A DNA stretch of 64,000 nucleotides. Origin: Octopus bimaculoides. Its lineage: Eukaryota. Positions 27,162 through 38,955 of the stretch are shown here, one piece after another. Below the pieces are notes generated by a model that worked only from the letters and a program-made list of their open reading frames with translations, did no database searches and was not told the origin of the DNA. Numbering within the stretch: the stretch's first letter is position 1; each line of letters begins with the position of its first letter. The stretch lies in the NCBI RefSeq assembly GCF_001194135.2, contig NC_068992.1:7950762-8014761 (forward strand), given 5' to 3'. The position numbers were made by a program, and so were the translations under genes.

Positions 27162-28109
27162 AATTATTAGTTACAGAATAAAAGCATTACATTTGGGTCA
27201 ACGACTCAACATACAACAGTCCCCTCAATAAACGGTCAGATATAAGAAATACATCAAAGTCCACAAATACATAAGAAAATATATATATAAAAAACTAAAA
27301 TACAACATAAAACACAATATAAAAATTTATATATACAGTTCTAATGTTTGAGTTGATCATCTGATCTAAATGTTTTTAATATCGTTTGCTTTCAAATGAA
27401 AGTCTACCATCACCTTCCTAATTATTTTATCTGTAAAAGGTACCTTTTTTTTATGATGGAATCAGTTCCTTTAACATGGGGTTATTTGTAGAGTTAATTT
27501 AGAAATGCTTAGGAGCCGAAGAAAAAAAAAACCTAAAAGACCACCAAAAACAAAATATAACATTAAATGTAATATCAAAGACCACACCCGCAAATCATCA
27601 AAGGCATCATCAGTAAAAAGAAAAAAAAAAAGACAAAGATTAAATGCATTAAATAGTTTTATAAATGGTAGAAAGTATTTATTCATCAATGTTACCTGAG
27701 TTGGAAGCATTTATAATTCCTCATATTCAGCGTATTTGCAGTTGCAAAAATTTGTGCATATCAATTTTTTTTTTTAATATCTTTACACTTGTACATTGAA
27801 CCTTGTTTTTGTACTGGAGCTATTTGTGTCAAGATTAAGCACAATCATTGTAAAGGATAAGAGATTGTTATTCAGACTGGAAGTAGCTTCTTGTCTTTCT
27901 TTGAATGCTTTCATCAATGTGGGGGTTCTTGGGCAAGTATCATTAACTCATTGGCTGTACTTCAAATGATTATCTAAAAGACTGATGCTCCTTTTGAGAT
28001 TTTGGTCTAAAGCAGTGTTTCCCAACCTAGTTTTCCCTAGGCCCCACCATAACTTTCCAAAAAAATGTATACCCCATCGGTGGCTGGAAAAAACTATTTT
28101 ATTTTTAAT

Positions 28110-28415
28110 ATTTCGAGCGAGATCGTTGCCAGTGCCCCTGGACTGGCTCTCGTGCGGGTGGCACATAAAATACACCATTTTGAGCATGGCCGTTGCCAGT
28201 ACCGCCTGACTGGCCTTCGTACGGGTGACACGTAAAAGCACCCACTACACTCTCTGAGTGGTTGGCATTAGGAAGGCCATCCAGCTGTAGGAACTCTGCC
28301 AAATCAGACTGGAGCCTGGTGTAGCCATCTGGTTTCACCAGTCCACAGTCAAATCGTCCAACCCATGCTAGCATGGAAAGCAGACATTAAACGATGTTGA
28401 TGATGATGATGATTT
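28110..28415 (+). mobile_element. RTE-tailed retroposon (hairpin units, tail, (GAT)n end)
   Basis: Same family as 1-212; ends aaacgatgttgatgatgatgat. Confidence 0.85.
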
Positions 28416-28505
28416 CATAAGGATATATTTTCCTTTAAGAAATATCCATACTGGGCATTAGAATAGCGCTATATTGTAGCAAACAGTCTTCACACATGCG
28501 CACAT

Positions 28506-28536
<31 letters not shown>

Positions 28537-29223
28537 TATGCAAATACAGTAGACTTGGATTTTGCACTCTGCAACCCTGGCAACACATTTCAGAGAGCTG
28601 CATCTCTGGATATATAAGCTTTGATACAGGAGAGAGGGGATTCTTTAAGTCTTCTCTCCAGTGCTGATGATATGGTAAATGCAGCCAGTATGTGGAAACC
28701 TATCCACACCATGCCAGACCGGATAGAAAATGGTTATGATACTGATACACGCATCCAAATGTTTGAGATCTAATACAAGTAATTTTGCATTGATAGCTGG
28801 GTGGTTAGTTTGGGGAGGCATTTTGTGGCCTATAGGCATTTTGTGGCCTATGTGTGTTCCATGTTAATTTTGCCCTACATTCCGTTTCCCTTGTGAAATG
28901 TGTGTTTTCGTAAAAATATTTACTGCACTATCAAAGGTCAGGTTATCAATTTCTCTTCTCTTCAAAATAATTCACATTCTCATTATCATTTTAACATCTC
29001 CACCCCTCATTTTTATTTTTTTTTTCCCTCTCTGACTGTCAAAATTGCTATTTGATAACTTGCACTGCATTGTTTAAATTTCATCATACATCATCACTTC
29101 GTTGGATGTCGGTTTTATTTCATTTGTTTTTGACAAATTTAAAACTTAATTTTTAATGTAAATTTATTCCTCACTGTTTATTTCTCTGTCTCCCATCTCT
29201 CTCCTCTCTTCACCTTCTGTTTA

Positions 29224-29256
<33 letters not shown>

Positions 29257-29437
29257 AGTAAATCATTTCAATTTTAACTATATTTTGTTTTTCTCAGTAT
29301 TGTGATGTTGTTGCTGCTTTGCTGAGCGACACGAGCAATAAGATTTGTGTTGACAAGTAACTAATTTAATTCGTGCAGTGGTATTTATTATAACATAAAC
29401 TGTGATTATCAACATCACAAATATATAGATTAAATAT

Positions 29438-29580
29438 ACGAGGGGCCTACTGAAAATTTCGAGGCTTTGGGTAAAAGAAAATACAGAAGAATCAGTTAAT
29501 TATGGTTTTGAAGGCTGGGCCTCCAACCAGGCCTTTCGCGACACTTTTAAAGCCAGGAAATTTTCAGCATTCCCTCGCAT
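29438..29580. mobile_element. mariner-derived MITE
   Basis: ta-cgagggg..ctgaaaatt ... ttttcagcattccctcgc-ata: imperfect TIRs of the tacgaggg type in TA context. Confidence 0.6.
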
Positions 29581-30157
29581 ATCAAGACAGGTGGACTCTG
29601 GGTGTGTGGCAGTGTTGACTTAACCCTTTCAATCTGATACCAACCCGCCTGACACTGCGTCTGGTTTTACGATAGAAAACCTCGTTTTAAACCATTCACT
29701 TTTAAGGTGCTGGCATCCGTTCTATCTGGGCAAATAAACTAATTTATATATTTTTTCAAACGCTTGATTATATCCCAAATTAATTTTAAAAAAACACGAT
29801 CTCACTGTTTCATTAGAAATCTGATCACAAAATCGGCAGAAAAAAAACTGGGTTAAAAAAAAAAATGACTCGAGATAGTGACAGGTCAGTTGTAAGAGAG
29901 GGGAGACAACCCCCTCCTTTGTAGTCAGTACCGGACCATTGTTGGGCCCAGTAGTGTTCCAGCTTTTGGGATTTCCTGGTGGCAGCCTAAATATAGACTT
30001 AAAATTTAAATAAACTATGAAAAGTAAAGAATAGTATTTGACAGATTCAAATTAATACATTTCGAAAGCAAAGTTTACTTGGTAATAAATTCATGTAAGA
30101 TTAAAAAAAAAAAATTATTCTGTACAATGTACATAGTGTCTTGTTTATAGGATGAAA

Positions 30158-30533
30158 GTAGAGGTGCAATGGCCCAGTGGTTAGGGCAGCGGACTCGCGG
30201 TCATAGGATCGCGGTTTCGATTCCCAAACCGGGCGTTGTGAGTGTTTATTGAGCGAAAACACCTAAAGCTCCACGAGGTTTCGGCAGGGGATGGTGGTGA
30301 ACCCTGCTGTACTCTTCCACCACAACTTTCTCTTCCTGTTTCTGTTGTGCCTGTAATTCAAAGGGTCAGCCTTGTCACACTGTGTCATGCTGAATATCCC
30401 CGAGAACTACGTTAAGGGTACACGTGTCTGTGGAGTGCTCAGCCACTTGCACGTTAATTTCACGAGCAGGCTGTTCCATTGATCGGATCGACTGGAACCC
30501 TCGACGTCGTAAGCGACGGAGTGCCAACAACAA
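30158..30533 (+). mobile_element. tRNA-derived SINE family C, full length
   Basis: Pol III A box tggcccagtgg and B box gtttcgattcc; (caa)n tail; 11-bp TSD ataggatgaaa at 30147-30157 and 30534-30544. Confidence 0.85.
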
Positions 30534-31405
30534 ATAGGATGAAAATTAAACGAAAAGTAAAGAAAATGATTTTATTTAGCAGATACAGGTTCACATTAAT
30601 ACCTTTCTAAAGCAGAGTATGTTTAATAATATTTATTAATCCACAAAAAAAAAACAAAAAAACTCTTAACACACAATGCAGATTAATCAATTTCAAAAAC
30701 AAGGCTTGTTAATACAGGGTATAGTATATTGCATGGTATTGCTCGGATTCCTGAAAGTCGGATAAGAATTCCTGTACCATACCCGGAATTGCAAGGACCA
30801 ATTTAACAGTGGAACACATAGGGGGAGATAACTGAGTTGTTTTATTTTTGTTTTTGTACTTTATGGAGTCTTACTTTGTCCAACGTGTTTTTGCTTTTCA
30901 TGTTTTTGTTTGGCCCGAAGTCTCAACGCCGATTGAGAAAACCAATGCTCAAAGGCATTCTCTTCCGACTGTAAACCATCTAAATTTCGTCTGTCGTAGT
31001 GTATCTAGGACTACATTATCCGGTGTGTCTTTCCTTTGTCAAGTGCGTAAAAGCATGATTTCAAAGAATTTATCGTGGTATTTTTAGCAGGTTGTTTGCT
31101 AAGTAGTAGCTCCCTCATAGACAGGGTTGAAAAACAGAATATATAGCCGACATACATTGAACTTTATGCCAGCATAAATGACAAATGGGTTAATGTTTAC
31201 ATCTTGATAATGATTACGGCAGTGGTTTTGGTTGTGATGAAATGGAAGCGTTAGGAAGAAAATAAAGCACCCCTTTCCAACAAACTATCTAATTAGATTA
31301 CTGATTAACACGTCAATTACAATGATTTACTTGAATTATCTTTTGACTGGATGTTAAATTAATAATTTAAAATGGTTTCCAGATTTAGAAATTATGCTCT
31401 GTGTA

Positions 31406-31452
<47 letters not shown>

Positions 31453-31552
31453 TGGGTATTTATGTGTTTGTACATGTGTGAACGTACATATACGTGAACA
31501 GTCGTGTTACATATTATGTTTATGTGTGAACTTTTGCGTGTGTGTTTATGTT

Positions 31553-31597
<45 letters not shown>

Positions 31598-32959
31598 NNN
31601 NNNNNNNNNNNNNNNNNNNNNNNNNNNNNNNNNNNNNNNNNNNNNNNNNNNNNNNNNNNNNNNNNNNNNNNNNNNNNNNNNNNNNNNNNNNNNNNNNNNN
31701 NNNNNNNNNNNNNNNNNNNNNNNNNNNNNNNNNNNNNNNNNNNNNNNNNNNNNNNNNNNNNNNNNNNNNNNNNNNNNNNNNNNNNNNNNNNNNNNNNNNN
31801 NNNNNNNNNNNNNNNNNNNNNNNNNNNNNNNNNNNNNNNNNNNNNNNNNNNNNNNNNNNNNNNNNNNNNNNNNNNNNNNNNNNNNNNNNNNNNNNNNNNN
31901 NNNNNNNNNNNNNNNNNNNNNNNNNNNNNNNNNNNNNNNNNNNNNNNNNNNNNNNNNNNNNNNNNNNNNNNNNNNNNNNNNNNNNNNNNNNNNNNNNNNN
32001 NNNNNNNNNNNNNNNNNNNNNNNNNNNNNNNNNNNNNNNNNNNNGGGGGTGAAGAGATGATAAGAGTAAAAAGAGAGAAAACATGGAAGTGAAAAGTGGA
32101 GAAGGAAGCGAGATGATATGAGAAATGAGCTGAAGAGATTATTTCTAATTTGAAAATTTATTTCTGAGAAGCAGACAGAGCAGTTGGTGTCTTTCTCAAT
32201 TGTGCCCAATGACAGCCTGGGTAATTGGGAGGCCAGAAATTGGGGTTGGTGAAGTTGTTGATATTCCCTGAGAACCACTTGTGATTCTCGCTGGAGCTAT
32301 GGCCAGGAGCCAAATCCTCATGTTATACATATGTCGTTCCAGCTGCAACTCTCTCCAGCAGCTTTTAAAATTTCATAACCTTCGCTGCTTTCACCCTCGC
32401 TACAAAACCACCACAACCATTTCACCTGCTTTCTATAAATATTAGAAGTTTCTGTAAATGTAATTTGGATACAAGAGGTGCAGGCATGGCTATAGGCGAC
32501 ACTGGCAGGCTGTATGGTTTAGAAGCTTGTTTTCTAACCATGGTCTTGGGTTCAGTCCCACTGCGTGGCACCTTGGGCAAGCATCTTTTACCATAGCCCC
32601 TGGCTATGGTAGGATTTGGTAGATGGAAACAGTGTTTGTGTGTATCTTTGTCTAGACATCCCACGCTGATTGAAATGGGCATCATACACGCAAAGTTATT
32701 TGCTTTGAGTTTTCTGTGAAAAACATGTCTGGCTCTGGAAAATATTATTTTGCTTGTAAACAAGTAAGGGTTGGCAACAAGAAAGGTATCTGGCTGTAGA
32801 AAATCTGCCTCAATAAATTCCATCTGACCCATGCATGCATGGAAAAGTGGATGTTAAAGTGATGATGATGAGGAGGAGGAGAAGGATACTTGTAGACTTT
32901 TGTTCAAAAGAATGTGTGTCAGTTGTCAATATTTCTTTATATTTGTTGTGGTTTATTAC

Positions 32960-33600
32960 TGTTATTGTTTCTTTTGTATTGCTTTATTGGGTGTTTGGGC
33001 TCAATTTGACAGCTTGCATGAAAGGAAAAGAAAGCACAGTATCCCGTCCAACAGCTTACTCAAACTAGCCACCCTTAACTTCCACCATGGCCTCAAGATG
33101 GCTCTGGAATCTGACATGCATTTCTCAATGTGTCTCCAGGAAGATCTTTCACCAGCTTGGACTTGGTGTTGCAGACAGAGCAGTTGGTGTCTTTCTCAAT
33201 TGTGCCCAATGACAGCCTGGGTAATTGGGAGGCCAGAAATTGGGGTTGGTGAAGTTGTTGATATTCCCTGAGAACCACTTGTGATTCTCGCTGGAGCTAT
33301 GGCCAGGAGCCAAATCCTCATGTTATACATATGTCGTTCCAGCTGCAACTCTCTCCAGCAGCTTTACACATAGCTGTCTGAATTGAACCTAACGCCGTGT
33401 TCAAAGATGTGGAGCAGCATGACGGCGTCCTCGCTGGAAATAACATCCAATGACCATTGTAGTTTGAGGAACTTTGCTTCCATGATGTTCATGTCACATC
33501 TTACAGCCTTTTACTGTATTGAGCAGCCATCATGATGCTGATATTTTGATACCCAGCATGAATCATGATGATAGAGATAACTCTTTTCTAGTTTTCAGAT
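32960..33600 (-). mobile_element. Decayed RTE LINE 3' ORF relic; part duplicated at 32171-32365
   Basis: Minus-strand remnants (IMEAKFLKLQW..., LASQLPRLSLG..KD) resemble the RTE C-terminus; 195-bp exact duplicate. Confidence 0.45.
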
Positions 33601-34177
33601 GGCTTCCAGTCCTCTTTGTCAGTTAACTTTTTCTCAACTACAACTTTAATCTTTATGCCATTGACTGTTCCTCAATACATCAAATCATTTCTGAAAAACG
33701 GAGACATAAAAAAAAATTGTCAAATCTAACCTTAACATTCTGTATTTTTATTGCAAATTCAATTTTGAAAACTCATTGGAACTATATTTACAAAACACAC
33801 ACGCACACGAATTATATATTTCTTTATTTTTCTTTAGCTTATTGCTTTATAAATCTGTTTGTACACTTGAGATTTTCTCAAAGCTTTAAAGACATTACAG
33901 GATAGAAACACATTTACAAAACTGCTAGCTAATTAAAAATAAAGGAATTTATATATTTGATACAACTTCCTGAAGTATTGAGTACTTTATTGTGAGAATG
34001 TTTTGTTCCTACAAACAAACATGATAATATATTATATATATGTTTATATATGGCAGCGTATGACAATATATTATATATACATTAATTATTGCTTAATTTA
34101 TAAGTGTGACTATATATATCTCCTTTATCTGTTTCTTTTTCTCCATGGTAACCAGTAATTCTGTTGCTCAATGAAGG

Positions 34178-34211
34178 ATGGAATCTGACAGGTCATCCCG
34201 TGGCATATATG
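34178..34211 (+). CDS. UBAP1: UBAP1 coding exon 1 (MESDRSSRGIY+G, phase 1)
   Basis: ATG at 34178. Pyrimidine tract and CAG acceptor end at 34155; donor GTCAGT at 34212. The 34 nt join the next exon in frame (G|GT). Weakest exon of the model because the donor is non-optimal and the peptide is short. Confidence 0.6.
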
Positions 34212-35627
34212 GTCAGTGCTGTTAATTTTATTCTCTTTTCTTTCTGTAACTCTATGTTTTTGAGATTTATGTCACAAACGACGGCTCTGTAATCAAGAAG
34301 TTTGCTTTACTACCATGTGACTCCAGATTCCAGGTTTGATTCCGCTGCAGGCATAGTCTTCTAGCATAACCTCAGGCTGGTGAAAAACAAACCTTTCCTG
34401 TGAAACTTGGTGGATGGAAACTGTGTGGAAGCCGATTACATGTATGTGTTTATGTACATGCACACACTCACACATGAAAGATGGCATAATCAGTGTGTTG
34501 AACTTTTATACCTGGGTATCTAGCCTTTACCCTTTTGTAAGGTTGATGAAATAAATATCAGACGAAAGTACTGGGGTCAACATAATCAACTGAAGTTCCC
34601 TGCATGCTCATAGCCCAATGATTGAACTTTGCAGAAACTAATAGAAAATAACAGGATATATAAAGCCTTATGCCATTTTACAGTTAAGTGTTATTTCAGG
34701 GTTATCTGATGTAGCATATAACAATGCACTTGGGTAATTCTGGAGCTTGTTTACAATATAGGGGCAGATAATGTACAGCTGGATCATTATTTTAAGTAGA
34801 ACCACATTATTGATGGGTTCAAGGAAAGCTGAAATCATGTGATCTGGTGGTCTTTTTTTGATGTTTACATTCCAATTTGAAATTTAAACAAAAAAAAAAA
34901 AACCATGCCTTGCTATTATTGAAGTTTTTATTTAGTAGACCTATTGTAATCATTATACATGGATATATTTGTGATTATAATTTTTTTTTGCGGGGGGGTG
35001 GGGAGAGAGAGACTTGTTTCAGTCATTTGACAGGCCAAGCTTTGGCACAATCTTGAAGGGTTTTAGTCGAATAAATTGACACCAGGATTTATTTTTTTTT
35101 ATTAAAGCCTGGTACTTATTCTTTCTGTCTCTTTTACTGAACTGTTAAGTCACAGGGACATAAGCACACCAACACTGGTTGTTGGTCAAATGGTGGTGAG
35201 GGAAAGACACACACACACACACATACATATGACAGTTTTCTTTTTGTTTCCATCTACCAAATCCACTCACAAGGCTTTGGCTGGTTTGAGGCTATAGTAG
35301 AAGACACTTGCCCAAGGTGCCATGGAGTGGGACTGAACCTGGAACCATGTGGTTGGGAAGCAAATTTCTTACCACACAGCCACGCCCTCCAAAGATGAAA
35401 TAATGAATGTTTCACTAGAATTATGTTGTTAAGCATGTGTACATGCTGGTGCACTGCTCTCGAGAGTTTTAGATTATCACATCAACTATAAGTCCCATTA
35501 CTTAATCTCTGGATTTTATTTTACAAAACCACTTTTTTTTATCAGATTTAATTTGTAGCTTTTTCAATTTTTGCTTAAAGGGAGATAACTCATTGCACCG
35601 ATTTATACTAGTATGCATACGCGCGTA

Positions 35628-35672
<45 letters not shown>

Positions 35673-36415
35673 ACAGAGAGAGGCTTCTGCACAATTTCCA
35701 TCAAGCAAATTTCACATGCAAGTTATTATTGGTGAGCCTAAGATTAGAATTAAAGATACTTGCCTAAGCACTGTGCAATGAGAAAGAATTCTCGAAGCAC
35801 ATGGTTATGCCTGTTCCTTGCTGTGTCCTAATGGTTAAACATAGATTATAATCTTATTAAAACACTTGTTTGTCTGTGTGCTGCTACTGTTTACAGTAGT
35901 AAATTATAACACAGCTCTGTGTACCTACTTACAGGTGAGTAGACTGTGTTGTTGAGATATAAGTGTTCCTTCAGTGCAGCACATAGAACAAAGGTTGAAC
36001 TATCACACAGAATGTGAATGTATATATGTAATATTTACACACACACACACACACATGTATATACACACATACATACAATTATGTTGATCCAAACAGGAAA
36101 AATAGAACTAAAAATATATGAGTATATCTCTCTTTTACTCTTTTACTTGTTTCAGTCATTTGACTGTGGCCATGCTGGAGCACCACCTTTAGTCGAACAA
36201 ATCGACCCCACGACTTATTCTTTGGAAGCCTAGTACTTATTCTGTCGATTTCTTTTGCCGAACCGCTAAGTTACGGGGACGTAAACACACCAGCATCGTA
36301 GAGATGATCTATTGTAACTTAAAGCCAAAATAACTAACCTGACCCTTGATATTTATGATATAAAAAGAAATAATACAATGTACTTGCAATTATTTATTCA
36401 ATTTATATCTTTCAG

Positions 36416-36489
36416 GTTTGGCTTCTGCTAACTCTGCCCTTGATGGCATCCCTTTTAGAATTGGGACCACTTTTAAAGTGCCCAACAAG
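36416..36489 (+). CDS. UBAP1: UBAP1 exon 2, UMA domain start (LASANSALDGIPFRIGTTFKVPNK)
   Basis: tttcag| acceptor and |gtaaat donor. LDGIPFRIGTTFKVPNKV matches the UBAP1 UMA motif as I recall it (human LDDVPFKTGDKFKTPAKV). Confidence 0.9.
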
Positions 36490-37123
36490 GTAAATATTTT
36501 AGTTTTATTTAAAAAAAAAAATTCTTTTCAAAGTTTATATGTTATAAAATGCTCCATATATGTATGTTGTTGCTTAACCCTGGGTCAGATGTTATCAATA
36601 GAACTACAACCAAAGAGGTTTCAGCTATAGTCATCTTGTTTTATTTCCAGTGAAGCACTATAATATACAATGTGTTCTTTTTTTTTTCCCTAAGACAATA
36701 GAGTGTGTTTTGGAGAATATTCAGCTACTATTTCTTGCTGGTAAAGATTCTTCATTGAGTTTCTTTCTCCGTGTGTAACATATTGTCTGAACGACAGTTT
36801 ATTTCACATTAATTCTTTCAATATGTAACTAAATTTATAACTTTATAACTTGTATAACATTGTTCTTGTTGCTTTTTTAATAATTGCATTCAATCTTTTC
36901 TTCATAGTTCTTGCTTTTTTCCCTGCAGTAGCAGAAACAAGTTATTGAACAGTAAAAAACCAGGAAACATTGAAATATTCTACCATAATTAAAAAAACAT
37001 AATTAAAGTGATCATTCTTTATATATAATTCTGATAGATGGAATGTCAGTATGGTAATATTTTCGTATGGTGATATGTTAGTAAGTTTAAAAATTATTTT
37101 TTGTTTTTCTCTTTTCTTGCTAG

Positions 37124-37180
37124 GTTTCTATTCCTAAGGAACTCCTTCGCCGACGAAATCGTAGTGCCCTTGCTGATGAG
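37124..37180 (+). CDS. UBAP1: UBAP1 exon 3 (VSIPKELLRRRNRSALADE)
   Basis: cttgctag| acceptor and |gttagt donor; 57 nt, phase 0-0. Bridges the UMA halves (K|V-x-I-P ... E|Y-x-F-x-x-E). Confidence 0.85.
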
Positions 37181-37809
37181 GTTAGTAAATATTGGACTCT
37201 TGTGGATGGCAGTGGGAGAGCCATATAAATAATCTTTGCTTGTTGTAGCATTAATTGACAGATGTATCCTTAACTAATTTAGCCCTTTGGTATTCGTATT
37301 ACTCTGTCAAAATTTAATACCTATTTATTCAAATTGTTTTGAATTAATCACCCACTACCTTGGAGCTTTTAGTCCTGTCAAAGATATGATAATCTTTCTA
37401 GTGTTGGTGCCATAATAAAATACATCAAGTACATTCAGTAGAGCGATTGGTTTTTGGAAGAATATCTAGATATAGAAAACATGCCAAAAATGGCTTGTAT
37501 GAGGGAGACATGGTCCTCTGATCTATCTAAGACGGCAGTAACTCAGAATATGATAAAATATTTTTTGGTGTGGATCAATTTTTGGAAATTGATTTCTAAC
37601 ATACATACAAGACCATAAATTCTATAAACAATTAATGATATTCACTGCAGTGCTGGACTTGTAGTTATTTTATCCATCAACAGATTCAAAATCAAAATCA
37701 ATCACAAAGATTTGAAGTCAGAATGTAAAAAGAAGGAAATGAATATTGTTATTCACGACTCTCTGAAAATTAATAATATTTTCTTCATTTCCTTTTCTTG
37801 TTTTTACAG

Positions 37810-38955
37810 TATTTCTTTCACACTGAAGAAGGTGTTATTCTCTGGGCAAAAGCTCAGCAACAGATGAAGAAAAACAGAGAAGCTACCTTGAAAGAATACC
37901 ATGCTCAGAAAAAGAATGCTCAAAGTCGACTGAAGAATCCTGTTCCCATGCCTTTAGCATCTGAAGGTGTGTACGTTAATATTCATATGGCCGACAAAAT
38001 CCTTACACCAACACCAATCAAACCAAGTGTCAATGCATTTCACACAGATAACACAACCAGTAGCACAAAATCACAGATAGACGTCACACAGTTTGAGCAG
38101 GAGGATGACCCATTTGAAAATGTTGAGCGACAAGTAATCAACGAATTTGAAGAACTGAACCAAGTATTTCAGAACTCTGCTGAGTCACTGGAGTCACCAG
38201 AAGGGAACTATGAGAATGTTGTTATTAATAAGCCTCCATTACCATTACCAGATAGCATTGTTGCAGGAACTGATAGTGCATCACCCAATCCTGTTCCTGC
38301 ATTACAACCAATAACTGCCGAAGAACCTTTGGCAAACGATGAAGGTTCTAATGTAGAAATTACTAGAAACAAGTCTGAAACAGATTTCCAAGATGGGGAA
38401 AACACAGATAGAAACATTGTTTATGGTAATTTACCTTACCGTAAAAAATCCTCTTCTAGTTCCCAGAAAAAACGAGAGAGCAATAATTACGTAATGGTCT
38501 CTTATGCAAATGGTCGTTTGGTGCATGATGCAACAAAATTAACTACAAAACAATTATCATTAGATGAGGAATCCAAACCTAATTTTTTATCTAATTATTT
38601 CAACCAGAAGTTCTCTGCCAGTCAGGAGAACACTGGGAGTATTCTTGACCCTAATCAACTGAATGAAAGTATTTACGAAAACCTTCCCATTTCTAGCACG
38701 GACAATTATGAAAACTGTCTTTTACCACAGAGGTCGAGACATTCTGTAGCGTTTGATGTTGACACAACTGTTAACCCTCCAGCTATCCCTCCCAGAACAG
38801 ATTTAACCAAATTGCGTAGTACCCACAGTACACCAAACATCCATCAAGCGTCATCTGATAGAGATGCTGAGACTGTTTCCCCCTTCCATTCCCCTTCTAA
38901 ACCAGCTCCAAGAAAGCAAATTAAGTCCCCAGCGTCTCCAGTACCGAGGAAACAG
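37810..38955 (+). CDS. UBAP1: UBAP1 exon 4 (UMA end plus long low-complexity linker, 382 aa)
   Basis: tttacag| acceptor and CAG|gtgagg donor, inside ORF 37798-38991. YFFHTEEGVILWA closes the UMA domain. FEQEDDPFENVERQVINEFEELNQVF matches the conserved UBAP1 block (human [26 protein letters not shown], from memory). Confidence 0.92.

Noticed and set aside
28662-28762. Possible terminal exon ADDMVNAASMWKPIHTMPDRIENGYDTDTRIQMFEI*
   Set aside because: Short, unrecognised, and with no linked upstream exon; compatible with chance.
30161-30235. tRNA gene (also the heads of SINE A and B)
   Set aside because: A/B boxes are present but there is no complete cloverleaf, and the sequence continues into a SINE body with tail and TSD.
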